A stretch of DNA of 42,229 nucleotides from a virus (lineage: Duplodnaviria > Heunggongvirae > Uroviricota > Caudoviricetes), in IMG/VR virus record IMGVR_UViG_2718217897_000004. One strand, written 5' to 3'. The notes beneath the pieces are model-generated. The model was not told where the DNA came from. It saw nothing but the letters and a program-made list of their open reading frames with translations, and made no database searches. Within the stretch, counting starts at the first letter, position 1; every line of letters begins with the position of its first letter. Positions 7,859-16,590 of this stretch are shown one piece after another. The translations under genes were made by a program, and so were the position numbers.

Positions 7859-8870
7859 AAAGGTGAAAACCGGCAGTTCATCCAGTAAGTCTGTATTGAC
7901 CTGGCTTGCTGATATGTGCGGTGCCGATTTGTGTGCATACCCGTCTGTATCTGCACTGGCAGAAGTAACGGAACTGAACAAAAAGACTGTGCAGGACAGC
8001 TTACGACACCTGATGGAGATTGGGTTAATTGTTGATACCGGTGAGAGAAAAGGCAGAACAAAGCAAATTGTGGTGTACCGACTTATCGGTGTAGATGAAA
8101 GTGTTGCCGAGCCTGAATACACCCAAAAACGGGAGTCTTTAAAGGTGGGTAAAATTGGTGCTGTTAATAAAAACAGTACCGAAAATGGTTATGTTTCAGC
8201 ACAAAACAGACCCAAAAACGGAACTCTTAGCTGCATGGAAAATAACCAAAGACACCCAAATTTTCCATCAAAGACACCCAAAAACGGATCACGGAACCCA
8301 AAGGAACCCAAAGATCTAAACCCCACACATAACGCACGCGAGAATGCCCCGACCAGTGAGCAGGAAGTTTTGTCGTTACAGGCAGCACCCCTTGTATTCC
8401 TGGATGGCCTGAGCGAACCCATCGGAAAATTTCCGATGACCGATAGCTGGTATCCGTCACGGGATTTTCGACGACGGGCTGCGTTGTGGGGGATGGCTTT
8501 GCCGGAGACAGAATTTACACCTGCTGAACTTGCCGTCTTCCGGGACTACTGGGCAGCGGAGGGGAAAGTGTTTACGCAGATTCAGTGGGAGCAGAAATTC
8601 GCCCGTCACGTAAATCACGTCAGGGCGCAGGTTAAACCAGTCAGCAAGGGGGTAAACCATGCAGCAGCACCAGGTGGCACCGCATCACGGGCAGTTCAGG
8701 AAATTCGGGCAGCACGTGAGCAGTGGGAACGTGAAAACGGATTTATCAGCGACGGAAACGGCCTGGAAGCTGTGGGAACTCATGGGGGAGGTTTATTCGA
8801 ACCGCTGGACCCAGAAGAACGGGGCCGCACCTTCGAAGCTCTGGATTGCACAGATTGGCGCGATGACTGA
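7830..8870 (+). CDS. Replication initiation protein (N-terminal winged HTH, C-terminal DnaT-like domain)
   Basis: Start ATG 7830 with AGGGG SD; N-terminus MSIDALRWAKKVKTGSSSSKSVLTWLADMCG... typical of prophage replication proteins; C-terminal DSWYPSRDFRRRAALWGMALPETEFTPAEL...DYWAAEGKVFTQIQWEQKF resembles DnaT-like domain. Confidence 0.7.
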   Translation: MSIDALRWAKKVKTGSSSSKSVLTWLADMCGADLCAYPSVSALAEVTELNKKTVQDSLRHLMEIGLIVDTGERKGRTKQIVVYRLIGVDESVAEPEYTQKRESLKVGKIGAVNKNSTENGYVSAQNRPKNGTLSCMENNQRHPNFPSKTPKNGSRNPKEPKDLNPTHNARENAPTSEQEVLSLQAAPLVFLDGLSEPIGKFPMTDSWYPSRDFRRRAALWGMALPETEFTPAELAVFRDYWAAEGKVFTQIQWEQKFARHVNHVRAQVKPVSKGVNHAAAPGGTASRAVQEIRAAREQWERENGFISDGNGLEAVGTHGGGLFEPLDPEERGRTFEALDCTDWRDD

Positions 8871-9324
8871 GCAGCAAATCCGGCAGGTCTGCCGCGAGTG
8901 CATGGACCGCTGCCGGGCGGGTGAAACATGGCCTCCGGACCTGGCTGAGTTTGTGGCGCTGATTTCGGAAAGCGGGGCCAATCCATTTGGTCTGACGGTG
9001 GATGCTGTGATGGAGGAGTACCGCCGCTGGCGCAATGAGTCCTGGCGATACGACGGAAGTGATAAGTACCCGTGGTCTCAGCCTGTGCTGTATCACATTT
9101 GCCTCGAGATGCGTTCAAAGGGGATTGAACGCCAGATGACCGAAGGGGAATTAAAACGGCTTGCAGAACGGCAGCTGACGAAATGGGCAAAGCATGTTAG
9201 TAACGGCCTGAGCGTTCCGCCAGTACGGCGACAACTGGCGGCACCAAAACGCCCGTTGGGACCAACGCCAATTGAGTTGCTGAAACAGGAATATGAACGC
9301 CGGAAAGCGGCTGGGTTTGTTTGA
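8659..9324 (+). CDS. Second replication-module protein (P-position); start may be ATG 8659 or ATG 8863
   Basis: 221-aa frame with strong AAGGGGG SD before ATG 8659 but 212-nt overlap with the upstream gene; alternative ATG 8863 gives ATGACTGA stop/start coupling. No Walker A motif seen. Confidence 0.5.
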   Translation: MQQHQVAPHHGQFRKFGQHVSSGNVKTDLSATETAWKLWELMGEVYSNRWTQKNGAAPSKLWIAQIGAMTEQQIRQVCRECMDRCRAGETWPPDLAEFVALISESGANPFGLTVDAVMEEYRRWRNESWRYDGSDKYPWSQPVLYHICLEMRSKGIERQMTEGELKRLAERQLTKWAKHVSNGLSVPPVRRQLAAPKRPLGPTPIELLKQEYERRKAAGFV

Positions 9325-9356
9325 GTTGAGAAGTAATTTTTACCGGGAGGAAATTT

Positions 9357-10127
9357 ATGGAGACTGTTTTTGACGCACTGAAAGCAATGGGAAAAGCCAC
9401 GTCGGTAGAACTGGCTACGCGACTTGATATCAGTCGTGAAGAAGTGCTGAACGAGCTGTGGGAACTCAAAAGAAATGGCGTCGTTGATAAAACTGGTCAC
9501 ACCTGGTTTCTGGCTGGCGAAGGTGAATCCCGGGTAACCGAAGAGCGGCCAGTAAAATCTGAAGCACAGGATATGCTGACCGGGGAGGTCGAACAAAAAG
9601 TTACCGCAGACATGATGATTGAGTTTATCGGTCAGGAGGGGGCTAAAACGTGTGAGGAACTGGCGGGTAAGTTCGGTGTCAGTACTCGCAAGGTTGCTTC
9701 CACGCTGGCGGTGGTAACCGCAACGGGGCGGCTGGCACGCGTTAATCAGAACGGTAAATTTCGTTACTGCATGCCGGGCGATAAGTTACCAGCAGAGCCG
9801 AAATCCGTGCCGGTAACGGAAAATGATGGTAAGGCCTTTCCTCAGCCAGCAGGTGTTGCGTTACCAGTACAGGAAGCGGCAACACAGGAAGATATTAAAA
9901 CAGAAACTGTGGCGGACATTGTGCAGTCGCTGCCATCGTTTACTGCAACGCGAGCTGATGATTTGATTTTGCCATCGCTGCATTTGGCAAACCGCGAACT
10001 GCGTCGGGCGAAAAATCATGTCCAGAAGTGGGAGCGTGTCTGCGCCGCGCTGCGGGAGCTGAACAGGCACCGGGATATTGTCCGACAGATTGTCGATTCT
10101 TCCCGCCACGTTGCACCGGAAAAGTGA
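9357..10127 (+). CDS. Hypothetical phage protein with N-terminal winged-helix-like region (recalled as a DUF1627-type prophage protein)
   Basis: 256-aa ORF with GGGAGG SD; N-terminal ...ELATRLDISREEVLNELWELKRNGVV... HTH-like. Confidence 0.6.
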   Translation: METVFDALKAMGKATSVELATRLDISREEVLNELWELKRNGVVDKTGHTWFLAGEGESRVTEERPVKSEAQDMLTGEVEQKVTADMMIEFIGQEGAKTCEELAGKFGVSTRKVASTLAVVTATGRLARVNQNGKFRYCMPGDKLPAEPKSVPVTENDGKAFPQPAGVALPVQEAATQEDIKTETVADIVQSLPSFTATRADDLILPSLHLANRELRRAKNHVQKWERVCAALRELNRHRDIVRQIVDSSRHVAPEK

Positions 10128-10142
10128 TTGTCGGAGGTGATT

Positions 10143-10634
10143 ATGGCAAGAGTATTTACACAGGAAGAACGGGAAGAAGTGAAGGCGCGCATTGTGGAAC
10201 TGGTACGCAGAGATGGGCGGAAAACGCGTAAACAACTGGAAAATGAAACCGGGGCGACAAGACATCTGATAGAAGTTCTGACGAAAGAGCTGGTAGCCAG
10301 TGGTGTTGTATATGGCTCAGGGTATGGAATATTCCCTTCAGCGCAGGCACGTAAGGACTGGATAAAAGCCATCGAAAAGATGTCGAAAGCAAAGTTAAAG
10401 AAACTGGCTGTGGTTGATCCTGACCTTATCTGGTCATTACCAGACGGAGAAATACGCCGCTACGACAGGCGTCAAAACATAATCTGTAGCGAGTGCCGGA
10501 AGAGCGAAGTTATGCAGCGCGTGCTGGCGTTTTATCAAGGAGGTGGTGCTGTGAGTGAAATTAGCTATCAGGCTTCAATTGCCGCTGGCATTTGCATCAA
10601 AGGAGAGGAGCATGGAAATAAAACCAGAAGATGA
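10143..10634 (+). CDS. Hypothetical phage early protein
   Basis: 163-aa frame from ATG 10143 with GGAGG SD; N-terminal charged helix-rich region. Confidence 0.55.
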   Translation: MARVFTQEEREEVKARIVELVRRDGRKTRKQLENETGATRHLIEVLTKELVASGVVYGSGYGIFPSAQARKDWIKAIEKMSKAKLKKLAVVDPDLIWSLPDGEIRRYDRRQNIICSECRKSEVMQRVLAFYQGGGAVSEISYQASIAAGICIKGEEHGNKTRR

Positions 10635-10968
10635 GTTAAGTAATATTGTTTTATTTCCGGTAAAAGAGGATGACCCACGTAATCAGGTTAATTTTCTTTA
10701 TGAGCCATCGGAAAGACCATATTGTCATCACGCCTCTGTCCGGGTTGACGAAAAAGAGCGTCAGGTCCGCTGTAAAATCTGCGGTGCAGTTGTGGAGCCA
10801 TTTGACTGGATGCTCTCTGTGGCGAAAAGAGAAACCAGACTGGCAGATGATGTAAAACTATTGCGCCAGGAGGAACAGGAAAGGCGAAAAAATATAGAAA
10901 AGCTAATTCAGATTGAGCGTAATGCGAAAGCACGGATACGCAGGGTGACAAAATCCAGAACTGAATAA
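10612..10968 (+). CDS. Hypothetical protein with CHH...CxxC zinc-binding motif and basic coiled C-terminus
   Basis: 119-aa frame from ATG 10612 with GGAGAGGAG SD; PYCHHASV...CKICGAV motif. Confidence 0.5.
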   Translation: MEIKPEDELSNIVLFPVKEDDPRNQVNFLYEPSERPYCHHASVRVDEKERQVRCKICGAVVEPFDWMLSVAKRETRLADDVKLLRQEEQERRKNIEKLIQIERNAKARIRRVTKSRTE

Positions 10969-11061
10969 TTAAATTTAGCACTGTTAAAAATTTAATCCTT
11001 AACCGGAGGGATTTCTGCACCCTCAGAACAGCAGGAGGCCACCCGAAAGGGTGGTAGTGAA

Positions 11062-11244
11062 ATGCGAAAGTTCAAAATAATTATTGAAACGGGAATAGCT
11101 GGTGGAGATTTTGAGGATGTATTCGAAGTGGACGATGACGCAACACCTGATGAAATTCATGACGAAGCAAAAGAAATTTTCTTTAACTACTGCAATTACT
11201 CATATCACGAAATAAAAGACGAAGAGGAAGAACAAAATGGCTGA
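11062..11244 (+). CDS. Small acidic hypothetical protein
   Basis: 60-aa ORF; a GNRA-loop hairpin lies between its SD-like AGGAGG and the ATG. Confidence 0.4.
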   Translation: MRKFKIIIETGIAGGDFEDVFEVDDDATPDEIHDEAKEIFFNYCNYSYHEIKDEEEEQNG

Positions 11245-11413
11245 TTTTGGTTCAACTAAATACAACGTCAGTTTTGAAGAATGGCATGAACTGTTAATGG
11301 ACTATGCAGAGTTACGTGGTGGAAGTGCTGCTGATGCTGAAGCCTGGCATGATGACTACGAAGCAGGAAAAACTCCGGTCGAAGCATATTGTGATGAGTG
11401 GGGCGATGAATGA
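11237..11413 (+). CDS. Small acidic hypothetical protein (58 aa, below the ORF-track cutoff)
   Basis: ATG 11237 overlaps upstream stop (ATGGCTGA); stop overlaps next start (GATGAATGAGC); translationally coupled chain. Confidence 0.35.
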   Translation: MADFGSTKYNVSFEEWHELLMDYAELRGGSAADAEAWHDDYEAGKTPVEAYCDEWGDE

Positions 11414-11925
11414 GCGAGATTAATTATCAGGAAGGGCATGAAACGGCAGGGCAGGCAAAACCAGTTGCATGGCGATATCGCTACGTGAAAAAAGGCGTTA
11501 CGGACTCTCAGGGGGAGCCGTGGGTTGGTGACTGGAAATATGTACCGACAAAAGAGGATTGCAACGACAGGCCGAACTATGAAATTCAGGCGTTATTCAC
11601 GGCCCAGCCTGTGCCACTGACACCAGAAGGATTGATTAAAGCAGTGCGTTTCTATGAACAGGTAAAGCGTGAGAATCCACCAGTAGAAACAGGAGCATGG
11701 AAAGATGCTGTTGATTGGGTACTCAAAGAGGCCTGCTGTGCTGTCATTCTGGGTAAAGCCGACAATCCACTAGCATCCAGTAATCAGGTTGGCGAATTAA
11801 CAATGTGGGTTAAACGACTGGTCAGTCAACTGAAAAAAGCTAATCCAGACTGCAAATTACCGGAGAAGGCGATGGACTACCTGAAGCGGAACGAACTGAT
11901 AAGCGCGGAGGATGTTTTGCGATGA
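11410..11925 (+). CDS. Hypothetical phage protein
   Basis: 171-aa ORF coupled to the upstream small gene. Confidence 0.55.
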   Translation: MSEINYQEGHETAGQAKPVAWRYRYVKKGVTDSQGEPWVGDWKYVPTKEDCNDRPNYEIQALFTAQPVPLTPEGLIKAVRFYEQVKRENPPVETGAWKDAVDWVLKEACCAVILGKADNPLASSNQVGELTMWVKRLVSQLKKANPDCKLPEKAMDYLKRNELISAEDVLR

Positions 11926-12005
11926 CCTGGCCTGAAGCATTCACAACGGTAGGAATTGCAATGGCGGTGGCGCTGGTGGTGTATTCGATTTGCCGCTGGG
12001 GGTAA
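11922..12005 (+). CDS. Possible 27-aa hydrophobic peptide (MTWPEAFTTVGIAMAVALVVYSICRWG)
   Basis: ATG overlaps the upstream stop (ATGA); single predicted TM helix; too short for confident calling. Confidence 0.25.
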   Translation: MTWPEAFTTVGIAMAVALVVYSICRWG

Positions 12006-12467
12006 GGTATTAAAAAACGCCCCGTATACAGACGTTGATCGCCTGAGATGTGGGGATAGGGAGTTAGTTAAATAGTTATACAACAATACCTGATTTTATA
12101 TTGAAGCAAGAAATAGGTTGCTACATATTGAATCATGCGCGTGTACGTCAAATATGGGAGGTCATCGTGCTGGTTCTGAAATGTGCGCTGGCTGTTGCGG
12201 CAGTAATGGCAATTTATTGTCTTGTTATCGTTCTTATGAATCACCTCTCTGATTGATTTCATATTGGCGAGGTGATGGGAGTTAAGTAGAATGGCTGCGG
12301 GTGCTTGAGGCTATCTGCCTCGGGCATGAACACCAACGGCAGATAGAGAAAAGCCCCAGTTAACATTACGCGTCCTGCAAGACGTTTAACATTAATCTGA
12401 GGCCCAATCTATGCTTCACAAACGTAGGTTAGCCTCTTACGTGCCGAAAGGCAAGGAGAAGCAGGCT

Positions 12468-12623
12468 ATGAAGCAGCAAAAGGCGATGTTAATCGCCCTG
12501 ATCGTCATCTGTTTAACCGTCATAGTGACGGCACTGGTAACGAGGAAAGACCTCTGCGAGGTACGAATCCGAACCGGCCAGACGGAGGTCGCTGTCTTCA
12601 CAGCTTACGAACCTGAGGAGTAA
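12468..12623 (+). CDS. hok: Hok/Gef-family type I toxin (51 aa)
   Basis: MKQQKAMLIALIVICLTVIVTALVTRKDLCEVRIRTGQTEVAVFTAYEPEE carries the Hok signature LTRK-LCE-R-R-G--EVA-F-AYE; in-frame upstream extension from 12411 resembles a mok-like leader; structured leader and terminator flank it. Confidence 0.8.
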   Translation: MKQQKAMLIALIVICLTVIVTALVTRKDLCEVRIRTGQTEVAVFTAYEPEE

Positions 12624-12691
12624 GAGACCTGGCGGGGGAGAAATCCCTCGCCACCTCTGATGTGTCAGGCATCCTCAACGCACCCGCACTT

Positions 12692-12723
12692 AACCCGCTT
12701 CGGCGGGTTTTTGTTTTTATTTT
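12692..12723 (+). terminator. Rho-independent terminator of the hok transcript
   Basis: CCCGC-TTCG-GCGGG hairpin followed by a T-run. Confidence 0.55.
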
Positions 12724-12843
12724 CAACGCGTTTGAAGTTTTAGATTGTGCCGGAATAGAATCAAAAATACTTAAGTAGCGCGCAGGGAGAAGAGGGATGG
12801 ACCCCGAACAGGGGAGTGCTATTTATCTGGAAGGATTCTGTTG

Positions 12844-13104
12844 ATGAAAATCGAAGAATTACGTGAAATTTTTAGTGAAGATGGCCTCTATACTGTGCGC
12901 GTTGAGAATGGCGCTATTGTCAGCCACTGCCGTATTAAATGTTTACAGTCTCAACAAAGGAAGAGTGGAGCTGCGTTAATTCATTTTGTGGATGGGCTTG
13001 TGACGGATGGTTTTATTTTGCGTGCAAATGAATTTGTCACATCGTTGCCGTCTCTGAAAGAAGCTGGGATTAAGGCTGGTTTTTCTGCTTTTGAAGATGA
13101 GTGA
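12844..13104 (+). CDS. Hypothetical protein
   Basis: 86-aa frame from ATG 12844 with AAGGA SD 8 nt upstream. Confidence 0.45.
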   Translation: MKIEELREIFSEDGLYTVRVENGAIVSHCRIKCLQSQQRKSGAALIHFVDGLVTDGFILRANEFVTSLPSLKEAGIKAGFSAFEDE

Positions 13105-13170
13105 ATTCATCTACAATTCAGCGCAGGGCTGAACCCCTGTTGAGTAACACTGTGCCACCGGAGAAAGCCG

Positions 13171-13449
13171 ATGGCGCAAAATTCCAGACTACACAATTCT
13201 GATAATTCAGCCGTCTTTGCCAGCAGGCACGGGCGGCGTTCTCATGCATTCAAATCTGACTGGTTCCAGCACGCCCCATGCACTGAAGAACAGGCCGAAT
13301 GGCTGATTCAGTGTTACCGCAGACACGGATACGAGATTAAGAAAGCCCTCAGCCTCGATTATCGTCACTGGATAATCTCCGTCAGGCTTCCTTACTCCGA
13401 ACGCCCACCGCGTCCGTCCCGCACATTCCAGCAACGGATCTGGAGGTAA
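13171..13449 (+). CDS. Hypothetical protein
   Basis: 92-aa ORF with GGAG SD; stop overlaps the SD of the next gene. Confidence 0.45.
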   Translation: MAQNSRLHNSDNSAVFASRHGRRSHAFKSDWFQHAPCTEEQAEWLIQCYRRHGYEIKKALSLDYRHWIISVRLPYSERPPRPSRTFQQRIWR

Positions 13450-13450
13450 C

Positions 13451-14506
13451 GTGCGGGTATTACTTCGACCTGTTCTGGTACCGGAACTCGGGCTGGTGGT
13501 CCTTAAGCCCGGTCGTGAATCCATGCCGGTATTTCACAATCCTCGAGTGCTGGTGGAGCCGGAACCGAAAAGCATGCGCGGTCTGCCGTCCGGAGTCGTT
13601 CCTGCTGTTCGCCAGCCGCTGGCTGAGGATAAATCATTACTGCCATTTTTCAGCGATGAGCGGGTGATTCGTGCTGCTGGTGGTGCTGGTGCATTGTCTG
13701 ACTGGCTGTTGCGCCATATTAAATCCTGCCAGTGGCCACACGGCGATTATCATCACAGCGAAACCGTTATTCACCGATATGGTACCGGCGCAATGGTGTT
13801 GTGCTGGCACTGCGACAACCAGCTGCGTGACCAGACATCCGAATCACTCGGGCAACTTGCTCATCAAAACCTGTCAGCATGGATGATTGACGTCATCGGT
13901 CACGCAATAAGCGGTACGCAGGAGCGGGAGTTATCTCTGGCTGAATTATCCTGGTGGGCGGTCCGCAATCAGGTGGCGGACGCGCTACCGGAAGCGGTAT
14001 TACGTCGTTCGCTGGGGTTGCGTGCGGAAAAAATCCGCTCAATGTACCGTGAAAGCGACATCGTACCGGGAGAGCAGACCGCCACCAGCATACTGAAGCA
14101 GCGCACAAAAAATCTTGCGCCGCTGCCTCACGCCCACCAGCAAAACCCGCCACAGGAAGAGACGGTGGTCAGCATTGCCGTTGATCCGGAGTCACCGGCT
14201 CAGTATCTCCAGCGCCAGAAACCACAACGGGAAGAGATGCCTGTATACACGCGCTGGGTAAAAACGCAGAAATGCATGACGTGCGGTAATCAGGCAGATG
14301 ATCCGCATCACATCATTGGTCATGGACTGGGAGGGATGGGAACAAAGGCTGATGATTTGTTTGTTATTCCGCTGTGCCGTAAATGTCATAACGAACTGCA
14401 CGCCGGGGTAAAAGATTTTGAAGAAAAACACGGCAGCCAGCTGTTGTTGCTGATTCGTTTTTTAATGCACGCGAGAAATTCGGGTGTCCTGAAGTGGAAA
14501 GCATGA
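13451..14506 (+). CDS. DUF968-type protein with C-terminal HNH-like zinc-finger nuclease motif (YdfU-like)
   Basis: 351 aa, GTG start with GGAGG SD; C-terminal CMTCGNQADDPHHIIGHGLGG...CRKCHNELH motif. Confidence 0.7.
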   Translation: MRVLLRPVLVPELGLVVLKPGRESMPVFHNPRVLVEPEPKSMRGLPSGVVPAVRQPLAEDKSLLPFFSDERVIRAAGGAGALSDWLLRHIKSCQWPHGDYHHSETVIHRYGTGAMVLCWHCDNQLRDQTSESLGQLAHQNLSAWMIDVIGHAISGTQERELSLAELSWWAVRNQVADALPEAVLRRSLGLRAEKIRSMYRESDIVPGEQTATSILKQRTKNLAPLPHAHQQNPPQEETVVSIAVDPESPAQYLQRQKPQREEMPVYTRWVKTQKCMTCGNQADDPHHIIGHGLGGMGTKADDLFVIPLCRKCHNELHAGVKDFEEKHGSQLLLLIRFLMHARNSGVLKWKA

Positions 14507-14872
14507 ATGACTGAACGCATAGAATTTGTTTTGCCTTACCCGCCGACGGTGAATACCTACTGGCGACGTCATGGCAATACGTATTTCATCTCGGAGGCCG
14601 GAAAGCGTTATCGCCATGATGTGGCGCTAATTGTTCGCCAGCAGCGGTTGAAATTAAACCTGTCCGGAAGGCTGGCGATAAAGATTATTGCAGAGCCACC
14701 GGATAAGCGCCGTCGTGACCTGGACAATATCCTGAAAGCACCACTGGATGCGCTGACGCATGCCGGACTACTCATAGACGACGAGCAGTTTGATGAAATC
14801 AATATTGTGCGCGGTCAGCTCGTTCCTGGTGGGCGGCTGGGGATAAAAATCACAGAACTGGAGTGCGCATGA
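14507..14872 (+). CDS. rusA: Holliday-junction resolvase RusA
   Basis: 121-aa protein with ...TVNTYWRRHGN...DKRRRDLDNILKAPLDALTHAG... matching the RusA family; start overlaps upstream stop. Confidence 0.88.
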   Translation: MTERIEFVLPYPPTVNTYWRRHGNTYFISEAGKRYRHDVALIVRQQRLKLNLSGRLAIKIIAEPPDKRRRDLDNILKAPLDALTHAGLLIDDEQFDEINIVRGQLVPGGRLGIKITELECA

Positions 14873-15558
14873 ATAACCAGTATTTACAGTTTGTGCGTGA
14901 GCAGCTCATTATCGCCACCGCTGATTTGAGTGGGGCAACAAAAGGTCAGCTTGAAGCCTGGCAGGAGAATGCCATGTTCGATACAGGGCGTTACAGGCGA
15001 AAAAAAATCCGGTACCGCGATGAAGTGACTGGAAAAATGATAACGCGGGATAATCCACCAATCCCGGGAAAACAATCACTGGCGAATGGCTCATCAATTG
15101 CCCTAGTCAGCCCGGTTGAGTTTTCGACATCATCATGGCGGCGGGCTTTGCTGTCTCTTGAAGAGCATCATAAAGCCTGGTTGTTGTGGTGTTACGGCGA
15201 GAGTATTTGTTGGGAATATCAGATCGCGATAACACAGTGGGCGTGGAATGAATTTAATACTCAATCCGGTACCAGAAAAATTGCAGGGAAAACGCAGGAA
15301 CGCCTGAAAAAATTAATCTGGCTGGCGGCGCAGGCAGTAAAAGCAGAACTTTTTGGTGGGGAAGGTTATGAATACCAGGAGCTGGCATTACTGGCGGGAG
15401 TGACAACTAAAAACTGGTCCAAAACATTTACTCGTCACTGGGTTGCAATGAAACACATTTTTCAACGACTGGATAGTGAGGCTTTATTGTTTGTAATGAG
15501 AACACGTTCAAAACAAAAGGCGGCATTTTCAAAGCAAAGTGTTGCAAAAGTAGATTGA
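14869..15558 (+). CDS. Putative late-gene antiterminator (Q-position protein)
   Basis: 230-aa ORF between rusA and the lysis region, followed by a terminator; call is positional, no Q zinc-finger recognised. Confidence 0.45.
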   Translation: MNNQYLQFVREQLIIATADLSGATKGQLEAWQENAMFDTGRYRRKKIRYRDEVTGKMITRDNPPIPGKQSLANGSSIALVSPVEFSTSSWRRALLSLEEHHKAWLLWCYGESICWEYQIAITQWAWNEFNTQSGTRKIAGKTQERLKKLIWLAAQAVKAELFGGEGYEYQELALLAGVTTKNWSKTFTRHWVAMKHIFQRLDSEALLFVMRTRSKQKAAFSKQSVAKVD

Positions 15559-15623
15559 AAGGCATATATTTCATGCAAATCTGATATTTTGCCGATTTTG
15601 TACGTGATGGCAAAAGCAAACAA

Positions 15624-15648
15624 AACCCGCCCACAAGCGGGTTTTTTT
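15624..15648 (+). terminator. Rho-independent terminator downstream of the Q-like gene (tR'-like)
   Basis: ACCCGC-CCACAA-GCGGGT hairpin followed by TTTTTTT. Confidence 0.55.
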
Positions 15649-15731
15649 GTGCCACTTATCTCGGATAGACATGGTGAATGCGCTGGTGGAGGAAGTAAGA
15701 GTGATTTTTAACCAGTTGATTTTTTGAGTGC

Positions 15732-15760
15732 TTGCAACATTGATTTCGTAACGTTATTAT
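15732..15760 (+). promoter_or_regulatory. Sigma70-type promoter for the tRNA cluster
   Basis: TTGCAA, 17-bp spacer, TATTAT, ending 9 nt upstream of the first tRNA. Confidence 0.5.
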
Positions 15761-15769
15761 CCTGCGCCC

Positions 15770-15845
15770 GGCCCTTTAGCTCAGTGGTAAGAGCGAGCGA
15801 CTCATAATCGCCAGGTCGCTGGTTCAAATCCAGCAAGGGCCACCA
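15770..15845 (+). tRNA. tRNA with CAU anticodon, Ile2(LAU)-like (ileX/ileZ-like)
   Basis: 76 nt, acceptor GGCCCTT/AAGGGCC, anticodon loop CTCATAA; resembles recalled ileX. Confidence 0.8.
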
Positions 15846-15846
15846 G

Positions 15847-15923
15847 CCGCCACTAGCTCATCAGGAAAGAGCGTCAACCCTTTAAGTTGAGTGTGCGAGG
15901 TTCGAGTCCCCGGTGGCGATCCA
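15847..15923 (+). tRNA. tRNA-like gene of uncertain isotype (possibly degenerate)
   Basis: Cloverleaf can be drawn but with C1-A72 mismatch, one T-stem mismatch and anticodon loop CCTTTAA (C at position 33; anticodon would be UUU). Confidence 0.4.
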
Positions 15924-15925
15924 GT

Positions 15926-16001
<76 letters not shown>

Positions 16002-16004
16002 TAT

Positions 16005-16079
<75 letters not shown>

Positions 16080-16285
16080 GTTAGAGTCTTTCAGTCTGCG
16101 ATGATGGGAAATCCCGGAGTGACTGAAAGACGTTTAAGTTATGAATGATCGCTTTTTTTGCAAAATTGCTGTGCAGAAATACTAACCTTCGGGCAGGCGA
16201 TCATTCATAAGCACTCTGCTTTTATTCCGATTAACTGTGGGTGGTTTGTTGGATAGAGTGCTTCCCTTACTGTATATATCGTTTC

Positions 16286-16310
16286 GCCCGCTTTTGCGGG
16301 TTTTTCTTTT
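16286..16310 (+). terminator. Rho-independent terminator immediately upstream of the holin gene
   Basis: CCCGC-TTTT-GCGGG hairpin followed by TTTTTCTTTT. Confidence 0.5.
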
Positions 16311-16370
16311 CAAATCCCTTTCATTTCTCAGTGTAAAACTACGCCATCCGTTATTTGCGGAGGTGAGGCT

Positions 16371-16586
16371 ATGAAATCCATGGACAAAATTTCAACGGGC
16401 ATTGCCTACGGCACCTCCGCAGGCAGTGCTGGCTACTGGTTTTTACAGTGGCTTGATCAGGTCAGTCCTTCACAGTGGGCTGCGATTGGTGTACTGGGGA
16501 GTCTGGTTCTGGGCTTCCTGACTTATCTGACAAATCTGTACTTCAAAATCAGAGAAGACAAGCGTAAGGCTGCACGGGGAGAGTAA
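16371..16586 (+). CDS. Holin, phage-21 S21-type pinholin with dual-start motif
   Basis: 71-aa [53 protein letters not shown]... matches recalled S21 sequence; Met1/Met4 dual start. Confidence 0.85.
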   Translation: MKSMDKISTGIAYGTSAGSAGYWFLQWLDQVSPSQWAAIGVLGSLVLGFLTYLTNLYFKIREDKRKAARGE

Positions 16587-16590
16587 TTCA

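Noticed and set aside
7474-8122. Minus-strand ORFs of 96 and 154 aa
   Set aside because: Antisense to the YdaT-like and replication initiator genes; Ser/Thr/Ile-rich shadow frames.
8746-9596. Several minus-strand ORFs of 80-167 aa
   Set aside because: All antisense to the replication-module genes; Arg/Pro-rich shadow frames.
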